Under the pieces are notes generated by a model. It was given only the letters and a program-made list of their open reading frames with translations, did no database searches and was not told the DNA's origin. Source: an uncultured Pseudomonadales bacterium (GTDB lineage Bacteria; Patescibacteriota; Microgenomatia; UBA1400; UBA1396). Taken from it: a DNA stretch of 64,000 nt. The translations under genes and the position numbers were made by a program. Shown in pieces: positions 46,421-55,665 of this stretch. The first letter of the stretch is position 1; every line of letters begins with the position of its first letter. The stretch spans positions 8,810 through 72,809 of the forward strand of contig CAZRAG010000001.1 in the NCBI GenBank assembly GCA_964598125.1, in the 5' to 3' direction.

Positions 46421-47839
46421 ATGAAAACAAAAACGGCCATGACCATCCTGGTCATTGTTTTGCTGGCTGCAGGCCTGCGGCTAGCATTTATGGGCGTAAC
46501 TCCGTGGGACTGGGATGAACCGGTATATACGCGGATCGCCAACAATGTTCAGTCCATGGGTCATCCCAGTCTGGATATTGGCGGGGAAGAGGAATGGTAT
46601 ACCTACCATCCCCCCTTCCATTTCTGGCTTTTGTCCGGGTGGTACGCCCTCATCGGCGATGATACCATCTGGGCGGGGCGCTTGTTCAGCAGCCTAGCTG
46701 CCACAATTTGTGTAGTTTTGTTGATGGTTCTGGTCTGGGAAATCAGTCAGGACAAGCAACTCACCCTTTTTGCCGGATTTCTTTTTGCAACGGATGGCTG
46801 GTTTGGCTACACGAGCTTGCTCGTGAAACTGGACACCACCGCGGTTGCGATTGGGATCGCCGGCCTTATCCTGTTCGTGCAGGCGCTCAAAACCCCAAAA
46901 ACCGGCCTATTTATAGCGACCGGTTTAGTTATTGGGATAGCAACAATCTACAAGCACGTTGCGGCTGTTTTTCTCCTGACGATCGCCATTCATTGGCTGA
47001 TCACAAAGGGAAATCGCAGACAACATCTCATCGTCCTCGCTGCCGCGGGCTTCGTTATCGTCCTGTACATCCTAGGTATGGCGATTTTTGTGGGTGAACC
47101 TTTTACCCACGCTACCGTTGTTCAGGTCCGCAGAACGCTCGGACAGCAAGAGGCTCGTGGTCTGCAGTATGGCCTGGTCGAAACGCTCCAAGCGATGTTC
47201 AATACCTACTGGGCATTCAGTGGCACCGTACTTGTTCTATTCATCGGAGGCATCATATCCATATGGATGGGCAGACTCCACTGGCAGGGAGAGGAACACT
47301 GGCTAGCAGTCATCACCGCTTGGGCGCTCGCCGCCCTCTTGATGCTCGGCGGGATCAAGCTACGAAATCCGCATTACCTCGTGTATGCAATTCCACCCGC
47401 AACCGTGCTCGTAGCTGAGTTTTTGCTTGGCCTGATTGAACAGCGTCGCAACAAACTGGCTGGCCGCTTGCTGGCTGTGCTGCTTGTGATGAGCTTTAGT
47501 ACCTTCAGCATCCGTGCAACACGTTTTTCACCCACCAATGCACTGGGAGAGCTCCAATACCAAATGGATCAACTCCCTGCGGACGTGACTGTACTCTCTG
47601 AGGAAAGCATCTGCGCTCTGATCGATCAGCCCTGTTATCCCTTCGGGCACTACCAGACTGCCGGACAGATCGCCTCTATCCCTGGAGGAAAACCGCAATA
47701 TGTGGTCGTGTACACCACGACCACGCAAAAGCCACCCCAAACTGAGGCGGTGTTGGAGCTTATCTCAGAAGGTCAGGTTATCTACTCCATCTCTGGGTGG
47801 AAAGAAACCTTGACCATCATCCAGGTCGAGAGTCCATGA
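46421..47839 (+). CDS. GT83/GT39-like (ArnT/PMT-type) polyprenyl-phosphate-sugar-dependent glycosyltransferase
   Basis: N-terminus MKTKTAMTILVIVLLAAGLRLAFMG...WDEPVY. 10 or more TM helices, ArnT/PMT_2-like. Confidence 0.7.
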   Translation: MKTKTAMTILVIVLLAAGLRLAFMGVTPWDWDEPVYTRIANNVQSMGHPSLDIGGEEEWYTYHPPFHFWLLSGWYALIGDDTIWAGRLFSSLAATICVVLLMVLVWEISQDKQLTLFAGFLFATDGWFGYTSLLVKLDTTAVAIGIAGLILFVQALKTPKTGLFIATGLVIGIATIYKHVAAVFLLTIAIHWLITKGNRRQHLIVLAAAGFVIVLYILGMAIFVGEPFTHATVVQVRRTLGQQEARGLQYGLVETLQAMFNTYWAFSGTVLVLFIGGIISIWMGRLHWQGEEHWLAVITAWALAALLMLGGIKLRNPHYLVYAIPPATVLVAEFLLGLIEQRRNKLAGRLLAVLLVMSFSTFSIRATRFSPTNALGELQYQMDQLPADVTVLSEESICALIDQPCYPFGHYQTAGQIASIPGGKPQYVVVYTTTTQKPPQTEAVLELISEGQVIYSISGWKETLTIIQVESP

Positions 47840-48026
47840 CCTGGTCGTTAACATGTTTGACAATTCGGGGGGTGTGGTTAGCAATAACTGCATCTCCCGT
47901 TTTCTTTTTTTGTAAGAAATTTGTAAATAAAGTGTGACTTTTTTTCGGGAAAAGGTGAAGTCCCTGGGAGGGACTTTCGGTATGAGCCAAGGGCTTTCGC
48001 CCAAGGCATGTTTTCCGACCACACGA

Positions 48027-48299
48027 TTAGCTTGCGCTGGACGCGGCGTCCAACTTCCAATCGGCGGTCAGCCATTTGCTCAAGCCACGCAAGGCGAGCA
48101 CAATCAAGGCCAAACCGAAAACGGCGGGTACAACAGCAAGCGGCCCATGCGACGCGCACAGCGCCGACAGACCGAGTATGATCACACCAGCCGCCGAAAA
48201 AAGGGTATCGCTTGCGACTTCGCCGACCCACTTGAGCCGACGAACCAATACTGCTGCGACCAACAAGATCACAACCAGTGCGACAAGAAAAAGCTCCAT
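48027..48299 (-). CDS. Small membrane protein
   Basis: ATG at 48299 with SD ggagg about 10 nt upstream. Two to three TM helices. High GC. Confidence 0.4.
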   Translation of the reverse strand: MELFLVALVVILLVAAVLVRRLKWVGEVASDTLFSAAGVIILGLSALCASHGPLAVVPAVFGLALIVLALRGLSKWLTADWKLDAASSAS

Positions 48300-48408
48300 G
48301 GTATTTCTACCTCCGCTTTCCATCTAACCCTCCCAGGCTTCCCCTATATTATACGCTATAGGATCAAAAAATAGCTTGATTTACACAAGAAAAGAGTAAG
48401 AGGAGGGC

Positions 48409-51400
48409 CTATAAGCTGGCTGAGTCCGTGGCAACAGGAGTCTCAATACTTGCCTCAGACGTGGCTACGCTCTCCTGCGCCAACACAATTGACGTTGGCT
48501 CAGGTTGGATTATGGGACTGGGAGTAGGGGAGTTATTGAGGATAATCACCGGGTCTGGACTGTCTGATTGAATCGCAGCTGGGACAATGACCGGTGTGTC
48601 TCCAACAGACGTGTTCGGAGTATCAACCTGTAAAGCGATCCAAGAAAAGCGGGTTCTTTGGGTAGCTGGACCGTTCAAAACAATGCGGAAACTGTTGGGG
48701 GTGACGTCAGTTATTACAAAGCGTTGGCCACTAGAAAAGACAGCGTCTATAGAATCTTCACTCGTTAACATTTGGCTGACATTTACAATAGGCGCAACAG
48801 AGTAAGGACGATCAAAGGTCACCACTACTTCTTGGGCGGCTGGTTGAATGATAGCTAAGCCAGCAGTTTCGGTGGAAAATTCAGGAGCACGTCGAAAACG
48901 AGCAACACCGGCAAACACCACCTCCTTAGAAAAGGTAACGAGCTGCTCAAACTGAGCCTGTCCAACCGCAAGAAATTTCCCCAGTGATTGCAGTGTTTGC
49001 TTCACGGCAAAATTATCAGTTTCATCCGGAAAAACAACCGCCTGGCTTTCTGGTTCAACCGCGGCTGCTTGCTCCAAAGCAGCCACATCCGCAGTGAGAA
49101 GGTTCATCTTAAGGTAAAGACCCTGCACACCAGCCAAGGCAATCCCCGAGGGATCAATGGTTGAAATTGAGGTGTTATTATTCCCCAAACCAAAAATGGT
49201 ATAAAAATCTTGAGCCATTGGTCCAAAGTGGCGAACATTTTGGTCAACTTCCGTCTTAAAACTCCACTCTACTAAAGGAAGCGCGGCAATTTTATCTAAA
49301 ATAAGGTCGTTATCTAAATCGATAAAATTCGTTTTCAAGTTACGGTCAGAGGCGTTTGTCCAATCACCTCCAGCGGTAACATAGGCACCGCTGGCCATGT
49401 GAAGAGGACCCAAAGTTGGTGCTATACCGATCCCCATTTTCCCTGTTGAATCAATGGTTACGGCTGTACCTTGGCCAAAAGAGGAGTTATTTACATTGAA
49501 TTTAATACTTTTACTATTGCCGCCTTGAATGACAGCAGCTGATCCATCATACCCAACCATCATTCGAGTGCTCTGAAAATCAATATATCCAGTAGAGTTA
49601 GCGCCTGAACCAAATTTTCCTGAGAGACCATCAAAAGCAACATGGAACCGCGCCAAAGGATCTGTCGTTCCAATACCTACTTCGCCGGTAGTTGCTTTGG
49701 GCATAACAATAACATTACCGGTTGCCCCGCCCCCCAAAGTCAGATCACCATCACCACTAGTTTGTACACTGGAAGCAGCACTAAATGTTAAGGCCCCACT
49801 TGAAGTAATATTCCCAACAGACACAATATGTCCGCTACTATCTACTTGGAACTGAGAGGTTTCGCCAACACTAAAAAGAGAAGTGGGCGTAACGGTGCCG
49901 ATTCCAACGAGTCCTGTCGGCATGATAGTGACAGCCGTTCCTTGACCATAAGAAGAATTACCAACATTGAGCTTCACCCCTTTACTTGGACCTCCCTGTA
50001 AAACAGCGTAAGAACCATCATACCCAACCATGGCGCGATTACTCTGAAAATTCAGAAAAGAGCGAACGTTTGTTCCTCCCCCAAAAAAAGCCGTTTCATC
50101 ATCACCATAGACCCGCAAAGTACCTGTCCCGGCATTCACGGCAAATGATTCTGTTGTCGTGCCATCTCCTTTATGGATAACAAAACGACGCTGACCACTA
50201 GTATCCGTTTCTCGCAGCCAACGAACGGTCACATCCTTGGTTGCGTCGATGGTTTTGGCATCCAGAGACATCACCGTCATGTCGTTTGTACCTAGCTCAG
50301 TAACCCATTGGCCAATGTTGTAGCTTGCCGTTTTGGCAGCATTCGTCATGTTATGCACCATCTGAATTCGGTCGCCATAATTGTTGTGAACACCATACGT
50401 ATCTACGTTGCTGTAAAGAACATGAGCCAAGTCACGGTTATAGTCGATGGCATACCGAGTAAGCATGACACCTGGTTGGCTGCCGTTAGGATCGGCAGCT
50501 GTTTTCAATTCCCACCGATTGTGAGTATCACCATCGGTGTAGTTCACTCCATGAATGCCAAAGGCCGCCACATGTCGTCCTGTAGAATCAAGGCTGCTGA
50601 TCCAGGGACGATCATACTGACTCGTGGCTTGAAGGATAATAAGCCGAGAGATACTTCCCGTAGTCGGCGTATTCGCTTTGAGTTTGATACCATAGTTTGT
50701 GCTCACTCGAAGATCTCCATTCACTTCCAGGGTTGAAGTTGGATTACTCGTGTTGATACCCACTTTGCCATTACTCACTACGAGCTGATTGGAACCTACC
50801 TGCAAACCATTGGATGGTAGCGATAGTGAACCGGTAGCGGAAAACCAGGCTAAAGCATTACCTGAATTACTCTGTAATTGCAAAAGAGAACTGGAAGATT
50901 GATTGCTTGCTCCCCGAATTACCAGTTGTTTCTCATCAGTGTCACCCAAAATAGTGACTTTCCCCAGTGTTGATCCATTACCAATAACAACATCTGAGGT
51001 TGGAGTGCTAAGGCTCACTGAGTTTGTCAAAGAATTCCAACCATTCAGTGTGGCAGAAGTAATGGTATTTTCAATGGTGATGACATCCTCATCTGCGTTG
51101 AGAGAAAGGTTAATACCATTGCCAGCCTTGAAAGTAAGTGTATCGTTGTTTTGATCTGCACCCAGCGTTTCTGAGTCATTGACTTTTATAGTTTTAAAAA
51201 TTGACTGGCTGGAACCAAGGTCAGAATTTTTGATAATCCCATCTTGCAAAAAAAGACCATCACTTGCCGTCAAACTTAATACTCCCGTATTGCTGATAAA
51301 GTTTCCCGAAATCGCAATGCCTTTACCAGCTTGCCAGATTTCACTTGGTGGATCTGATGGGGGAATGAGTTCTGCAAAAATCGACTGAAGATCACTTGCT

Positions 51401-51660
51401 GTGAATGAGCTCAGCATGATCTCTTTGAACTCCTCATTGCTGAGTCGTAGAGGACTTATAGAACGAGTTGCATTGTCAAAAGCAGGACCATTGCCCAAAA
51501 TTTTTGAAACCGAAGAAAGCGGTTTATCAAACCAACTTGCCACAACAATTTGATCAGGAGAAATCAGTCCATACTTGGCCAAAACGAGCGAGGAGCTAGT
51601 CATGGAAACAACTGCAGAAGTAAACACCAACCACCACCAACGACGCAACGACTTCCACAT
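48409..51660 (-). CDS. Large secreted tail-fibre-like / adhesin protein with a peptidase S74 (intramolecular chaperone auto-processing) domain
   Basis: 1083 aa with a signal peptide. Internal ~70-aa repeats are present. ASDRNLKTNFIDLDNDLILDKIAALPLVEWSFK...GPMAQDF at aa ~770-865 (nt ~49066-49368) matches the endosialidase/tail-spike chaperone domain, with the predicted autocleavage Ser in the SDRNLK motif. Confidence 0.7.
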   Translation of the reverse strand: MWKSLRRWWWLVFTSAVVSMTSSSLVLAKYGLISPDQIVVASWFDKPLSSVSKILGNGPAFDNATRSISPLRLSNEEFKEIMLSSFTASDLQSIFAELIPPSDPPSEIWQAGKGIAISGNFISNTGVLSLTASDGLFLQDGIIKNSDLGSSQSIFKTIKVNDSETLGADQNNDTLTFKAGNGINLSLNADEDVITIENTITSATLNGWNSLTNSVSLSTPTSDVVIGNGSTLGKVTILGDTDEKQLVIRGASNQSSSSLLQLQSNSGNALAWFSATGSLSLPSNGLQVGSNQLVVSNGKVGINTSNPTSTLEVNGDLRVSTNYGIKLKANTPTTGSISRLIILQATSQYDRPWISSLDSTGRHVAAFGIHGVNYTDGDTHNRWELKTAADPNGSQPGVMLTRYAIDYNRDLAHVLYSNVDTYGVHNNYGDRIQMVHNMTNAAKTASYNIGQWVTELGTNDMTVMSLDAKTIDATKDVTVRWLRETDTSGQRRFVIHKGDGTTTESFAVNAGTGTLRVYGDDETAFFGGGTNVRSFLNFQSNRAMVGYDGSYAVLQGGPSKGVKLNVGNSSYGQGTAVTIMPTGLVGIGTVTPTSLFSVGETSQFQVDSSGHIVSVGNITSSGALTFSAASSVQTSGDGDLTLGGGATGNVIVMPKATTGEVGIGTTDPLARFHVAFDGLSGKFGSGANSTGYIDFQSTRMMVGYDGSAAVIQGGNSKSIKFNVNNSSFGQGTAVTIDSTGKMGIGIAPTLGPLHMASGAYVTAGGDWTNASDRNLKTNFIDLDNDLILDKIAALPLVEWSFKTEVDQNVRHFGPMAQDFYTIFGLGNNNTSISTIDPSGIALAGVQGLYLKMNLLTADVAALEQAAAVEPESQAVVFPDETDNFAVKQTLQSLGKFLAVGQAQFEQLVTFSKEVVFAGVARFRRAPEFSTETAGLAIIQPAAQEVVVTFDRPYSVAPIVNVSQMLTSEDSIDAVFSSGQRFVITDVTPNSFRIVLNGPATQRTRFSWIALQVDTPNTSVGDTPVIVPAAIQSDSPDPVIILNNSPTPSPIIQPEPTSIVLAQESVATSEASIETPVATDSASL

Positions 51661-51705
51661 ACTTTCATAGTAGCGGAATACCTGAGAAATCTGAAGTGTA
51701 AATCC

Positions 51706-51951
51706 ATGGATATCATATTTAACTCATCTAAGACACCAATGATGTTATACTTTAAACACATGGCGAGACGACTGGTCATTGACGAAAATTTAAACAGTCA
51801 TTGGGTGGATGAAAACAATAGGCTCATCCCAGAAGAACCGGAACAAAAAGTTGATCAGATACCTCTAACTCATGAAAGTTCGGTTCAACAAATCATCGAC
51901 TTTATTGAAACACTCCAACCTGGAGAACACCTTGTTTTTTTTTGGCGCTAA
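51706..51951 (+). CDS. Small hypothetical protein
   Basis: The listed ORF 51550..51951 overlaps the start of the large gene; the internal ATG at 51706 (MDIIFN...) is used instead. Confidence 0.3.
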   Translation: MDIIFNSSKTPMMLYFKHMARRLVIDENLNSHWVDENNRLIPEEPEQKVDQIPLTHESSVQQIIDFIETLQPGEHLVFFWR

Positions 51952-52811
51952 ACATACCTCTTGAATATCTTGTGTCGGAAATAGGTGATCGTCCTCGATC
52001 TTACGAATTTGGCGGTTTTTTCAATCCAAGTACACGAGAAATAAGTATCGTTCGTGGTTTCGAAAATGACACGTATGGACCATTTACCGGTGTTGGCGTA
52101 AATTTCAAGCCAGAATTAATCTCCAGAGACGAACAAGGCAGGGTTAGTGGTCTTTTCTGGCATACGCACCCATGGAACCAGGTTGCATCGACACTTGGTG
52201 GCAAGCGGGAAGTTGATAAAAATCGCTGCCTTCCAGGAGACAGAGATAATACGATTCTCATGGCTATGTCTCGAATTGAACAAGAGGAGGGTCATGGTGG
52301 TACCCCTCTCGTATCAATTATTGGTTCTAAAGGATATATCAGCATTACCACCGCCAGTGGACTTGCTTGGAATCGAGAACAATTTCTATCGGCTCAAATA
52401 CCGACAGAGACCGTTGAGGCTCTAGAGAAATCACTCGGCATTGTTCCTCCCATCTGGATTCGCAACCTGGCATCCCCAGGAAAAGAAGATGAATTGTTTG
52501 GTGAAGTTAAAGGCTACTATCAAAAAAAGTTAGCTTTTGATGGCAGTTTTTCGAGTGAAATTGACGTTTTTTTAGACGGATTAGAGCAGAACAGTCTCTT
52601 GAATGCGGCCTGGGCAAGCCGCAGGTACAGCTCTGCTCGATTGTCACTTCGAGCAGAAATGCTCCATTCGCTCCCTGATTTTTCTTTCCGCTGGTTAGAA
52701 AGTCGAGGTCTCACCACAGAACAAGTTCAGCTTGTGAAAACACAAATTGGCATTCAAACACAGGTCTATACTGTGAACGAAGCTGGCCAAAAAACAGTAG
52801 CTCTTTCGTAA
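51942..52811 (+). CDS. Hypothetical protein (contains an FWHTHPW motif)
   Basis: 289-aa ORF. The HTHP motif is faintly reminiscent of JAB/MPN metal sites, but the rest of the signature is not satisfied. Confidence 0.45.
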   Translation: MALNIPLEYLVSEIGDRPRSYEFGGFFNPSTREISIVRGFENDTYGPFTGVGVNFKPELISRDEQGRVSGLFWHTHPWNQVASTLGGKREVDKNRCLPGDRDNTILMAMSRIEQEEGHGGTPLVSIIGSKGYISITTASGLAWNREQFLSAQIPTETVEALEKSLGIVPPIWIRNLASPGKEDELFGEVKGYYQKKLAFDGSFSSEIDVFLDGLEQNSLLNAAWASRRYSSARLSLRAEMLHSLPDFSFRWLESRGLTTEQVQLVKTQIGIQTQVYTVNEAGQKTVALS

Positions 52812-52874
52812 AAATTAAAAATCTGTCGATGAAAAAAGCCCTCTTCACAGAGGGCTTTCTTGAAAACTACAGAA

Positions 52875-54086
52875 TTATCCAATAAAAGTTAAAGCTTTAC
52901 CGATTTTCCCGGCCCGGCCAGTACGACCAATACGGTGAATGTAATCATCATAAGAACCAGGCTCATCATAGTTAATAACATGGCTAACGCCATCGATATC
53001 AATTCCACGAGCAGCAACATCGGTAGCAAGCAGGGCCTGGACTCTTCCTTTTTTGAATTCATCCAGTGAGCGTTGGCGGGCAGCTTGTGTTTTATTTCCG
53101 TGGATAGAGGTCACACGCAAGCCACGCTGTGAAAGGATTTTTTCAAGTTTATTAATTCCGTGTTTGGTGCGACCAAAAACGATAACTTTTTCGAAATCAT
53201 CCCCTTGCATCAGCATATCAGAAAGAACATCAACCTTATTTAAGCCGGGTCGAATCTTAACAATATCCTGATCAACTTGGGTACTGGTGTCTCGAGATTG
53301 AATCTTTACCACTTCCGGATTTGGGGAAAAGGAATGCATTACCCCTTCGGCTTCGCGTGTCATGGTTGCACTAAAAAAGAGTGATTGACGCTCTTTTGGC
53401 ATTTGATCGATTAAGTATCGAATATCTCGAATAAAGCCGATGTCGAGCATACGGTCCACTTCGTCTAAAACAATGTTGGTAAAAAGTGAAAGATCAATAA
53501 AGCCACGATCAACTAAGTCCTTTAAACGACCTGGAGTACCAATAATAAAATGAGGGTTGTTTCGTAAGGACCGAATTTGATTGTTCATGCTCATTCCACC
53601 GACACAAAGCACTTTGCTCATGGGCAAGCCGTAGGCAAACTTATGAAATTCATCACTAATTTGACTGGCAAGTTCGCGAGTAGGAACAATAATGAGTACA
53701 CCTTGTTGATTATCAAGTAAAACCTTGTTAATGAGCGGCAAAAGAAAAGCAGCCGTTTTACCCGTACCGGTTTGGGCTAAACCAACCACATCCTTGTTTT
53801 GCAAGATAAGGGGAATTGCCTGATCCTGAATAGGAGTAGGAGAGGTATAGCCTTGATGCTTGATGTTTGCTTGCAGTTCTGGTTGCAGATCAAAATCAGC
53901 AAAAGCATGCTGAATATGAAATTGCTCCTCCTGTGGAGTAACAACTACCTTGTTGATGTATTTCGAAGGATGAATCGATGCGCCTTTAGCGGCAAATCGA
54001 TTTCTGTTTCCTCGAAAGGGTGGTCGTCCGTGAGAACGGCCAAATTGAGAGCGAGATCGCCCACGATTCTGATATGACATGGTCAT
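52875..54086 (-). CDS. DEAD-box ATP-dependent RNA helicase with an N-terminal RG-rich basic tail
   Basis: Q-motif (FADFDL...TPIQ), motif I AQTGTGKT, DEVD, SAT, and motif VI HRIGRTGRAG. The first ~45 aa are R/G/S-rich. Confidence 0.85.
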   Translation of the reverse strand: MTMSYQNRGRSRSQFGRSHGRPPFRGNRNRFAAKGASIHPSKYINKVVVTPQEEQFHIQHAFADFDLQPELQANIKHQGYTSPTPIQDQAIPLILQNKDVVGLAQTGTGKTAAFLLPLINKVLLDNQQGVLIIVPTRELASQISDEFHKFAYGLPMSKVLCVGGMSMNNQIRSLRNNPHFIIGTPGRLKDLVDRGFIDLSLFTNIVLDEVDRMLDIGFIRDIRYLIDQMPKERQSLFFSATMTREAEGVMHSFSPNPEVVKIQSRDTSTQVDQDIVKIRPGLNKVDVLSDMLMQGDDFEKVIVFGRTKHGINKLEKILSQRGLRVTSIHGNKTQAARQRSLDEFKKGRVQALLATDVAARGIDIDGVSHVINYDEPGSYDDYIHRIGRTGRAGKIGKALTFIG

Positions 54087-54328
54087 TTCCTTTTTTCGCC
54101 AAGCAGAATTTGACGCTCAAAAAGCGGCAAATACACTGTTTTTTACGTTTTTCGGAAAGAATCATGCCTGTTCTAGGTGGCGATGAATGAGAAGCGGGAG
54201 CACGCTTGGTGGTGCTTGAGTGAAGGCTTTGCGCCTTGGCTCCACATCAGGTTATTGAAAACTACCTTTCAAACCGAGGAGAGTAGTATAACAGAAATTG
54301 TCCTATAAGATAGAGAGAGTTTCCTCAA

Positions 54329-54706
54329 TCAGGAAAACTCAACTTTTGCCTGACGATCTGGCTCAGTCGTAGTAGCGAAGACAGCTGCTTCGAGAAGGCC
54401 CTCTCGTTGACGCTTTTTTTCCTGTTCACTGATGATCATATTTCTTCCCTCAACATCGAGAATATCGAGGATGGCACTCCTTAAAAGGTTATAGCATCCA
54501 GAATTGACAACAATATATCGAAGTTGATTATCGGTGAGTTTATCAAGAACTCGCTCGGGATCAGGACAAAAACCTTTTATTTCCACAACCTCTTGAATGG
54601 AACCAGCGACATATTCCGCCTCAACAACTTCTTGTGGGGTAAGCTCACCTTTAATTTGAAAGAGAGCTGCCTGTAATTCTTCTTCTTTCACTTCTTCGTA
54701 CGGCAT
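54329..54706 (-). CDS. Hypothetical protein
   Basis: 125-aa acidic ORF. Confidence 0.4.
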   Translation of the reverse strand: MPYEEVKEEELQAALFQIKGELTPQEVVEAEYVAGSIQEVVEIKGFCPDPERVLDKLTDNQLRYIVVNSGCYNLLRSAILDILDVEGRNMIISEQEKKRQREGLLEAAVFATTTEPDRQAKVEFS

Positions 54707-54735
54707 ATGTAGGTAGTATAGAGTAAAATTTTTGT

Positions 54736-55209
54736 ATGAACATTCTTGTCAGCTACGACTCACAATTTGGAAATACGCAACAAGTTGCTGATGCTATTGG
54801 CAAAGCCCTCAATAAAAACCACTCTGTTCAGGTGAAACCTGTCAGCCAAACAAGTGTTGCTGATCTACAAAGAATTGATTTGCTTTTCTTAGGATCACCT
54901 ACCCAAGGAGGCCAGGCAAAGCCAACCACAAAGAGTCTCATCTCTCAGATTGTTGCCGAAAGCATTCCTCTCAAATATGCCTGTTTTGATACTCGCTTCT
55001 CTCCTGACAACGTTGGACTTGGTCTCAAGCTCTTAATGTCTATCATTGGCTATGCTAGCCCAAAAATGGCGAAAGCCTTAAGCAAAAACCCTGCTGGACG
55101 GGTAATTGGTGAGGAAGGATTTATAGTCCTGGGCAAAGAAGGGCCATTAGCAGAGGGAGAACTCAGTCGATGCCAAACCTGGGCAAAAAAACTGGTGAGC
55201 GTCATATGA
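54736..55209 (+). CDS. Flavodoxin-like fold protein
   Basis: N-terminus MNILVSYDSQFGNTQQVADAI is an FMN-binding T/S-x-T-G-x-T-like loop. Also LFLGSPTQGG. Confidence 0.6.
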   Translation: MNILVSYDSQFGNTQQVADAIGKALNKNHSVQVKPVSQTSVADLQRIDLLFLGSPTQGGQAKPTTKSLISQIVAESIPLKYACFDTRFSPDNVGLGLKLLMSIIGYASPKMAKALSKNPAGRVIGEEGFIVLGKEGPLAEGELSRCQTWAKKLVSVI

Positions 55210-55619
55210 ATAAGCAACTGTTTCTAAAAACACTCCAGTTATGGATACTGTTTACACCTCTCGCTATCATTAACGGGAGCATAAGAAATTATGTCTATCA
55301 GCCTGTACTTGGTGATTTAGCCGCTCACCAGTTGAGTACTGTCTTGGCAGTAATTTTGTTTATATGCGTTGCTTACATATTCCTTGGCTCAACAACAAAA
55401 CACGCCACCAATACCTCACTGTTTCTTGCTGGGTTTGGCCTACTTCTCATAACCATCCTTTTTGAGTTCGTCTTTGGTCATTACGTGGTCGGGCACCCAT
55501 GGTCAAGATTATTGGCAGATTACAACGTACAACAGGGAAGGGTATGGTCTCTTTTTCTCATCACCTTATTCTTTACACCCTTCATTGTTAAACAGCTCAA
55601 AATTCATCGTTCACAGTAA
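55206..55619 (+). CDS. Polytopic membrane protein
   Basis: ATG at 55206 overlaps the flavodoxin stop as ATGA. Four TM helices. Confidence 0.45.
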   Translation: MNKQLFLKTLQLWILFTPLAIINGSIRNYVYQPVLGDLAAHQLSTVLAVILFICVAYIFLGSTTKHATNTSLFLAGFGLLLITILFEFVFGHYVVGHPWSRLLADYNVQQGRVWSLFLITLFFTPFIVKQLKIHRSQ

Positions 55620-55665
55620 TCGTTCTTTCCCCGGATAATTTGCATCTGCCCTGTATGATAGAGGC

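Noticed and set aside
47878-48374. Overlapping ORFs 47878..48231 (-) and 47934..48374 (+)
   Set aside because: GC-rich region. Only the small membrane protein 48027..48299 has an SD and hydrophobic structure; the others are shadow frames.
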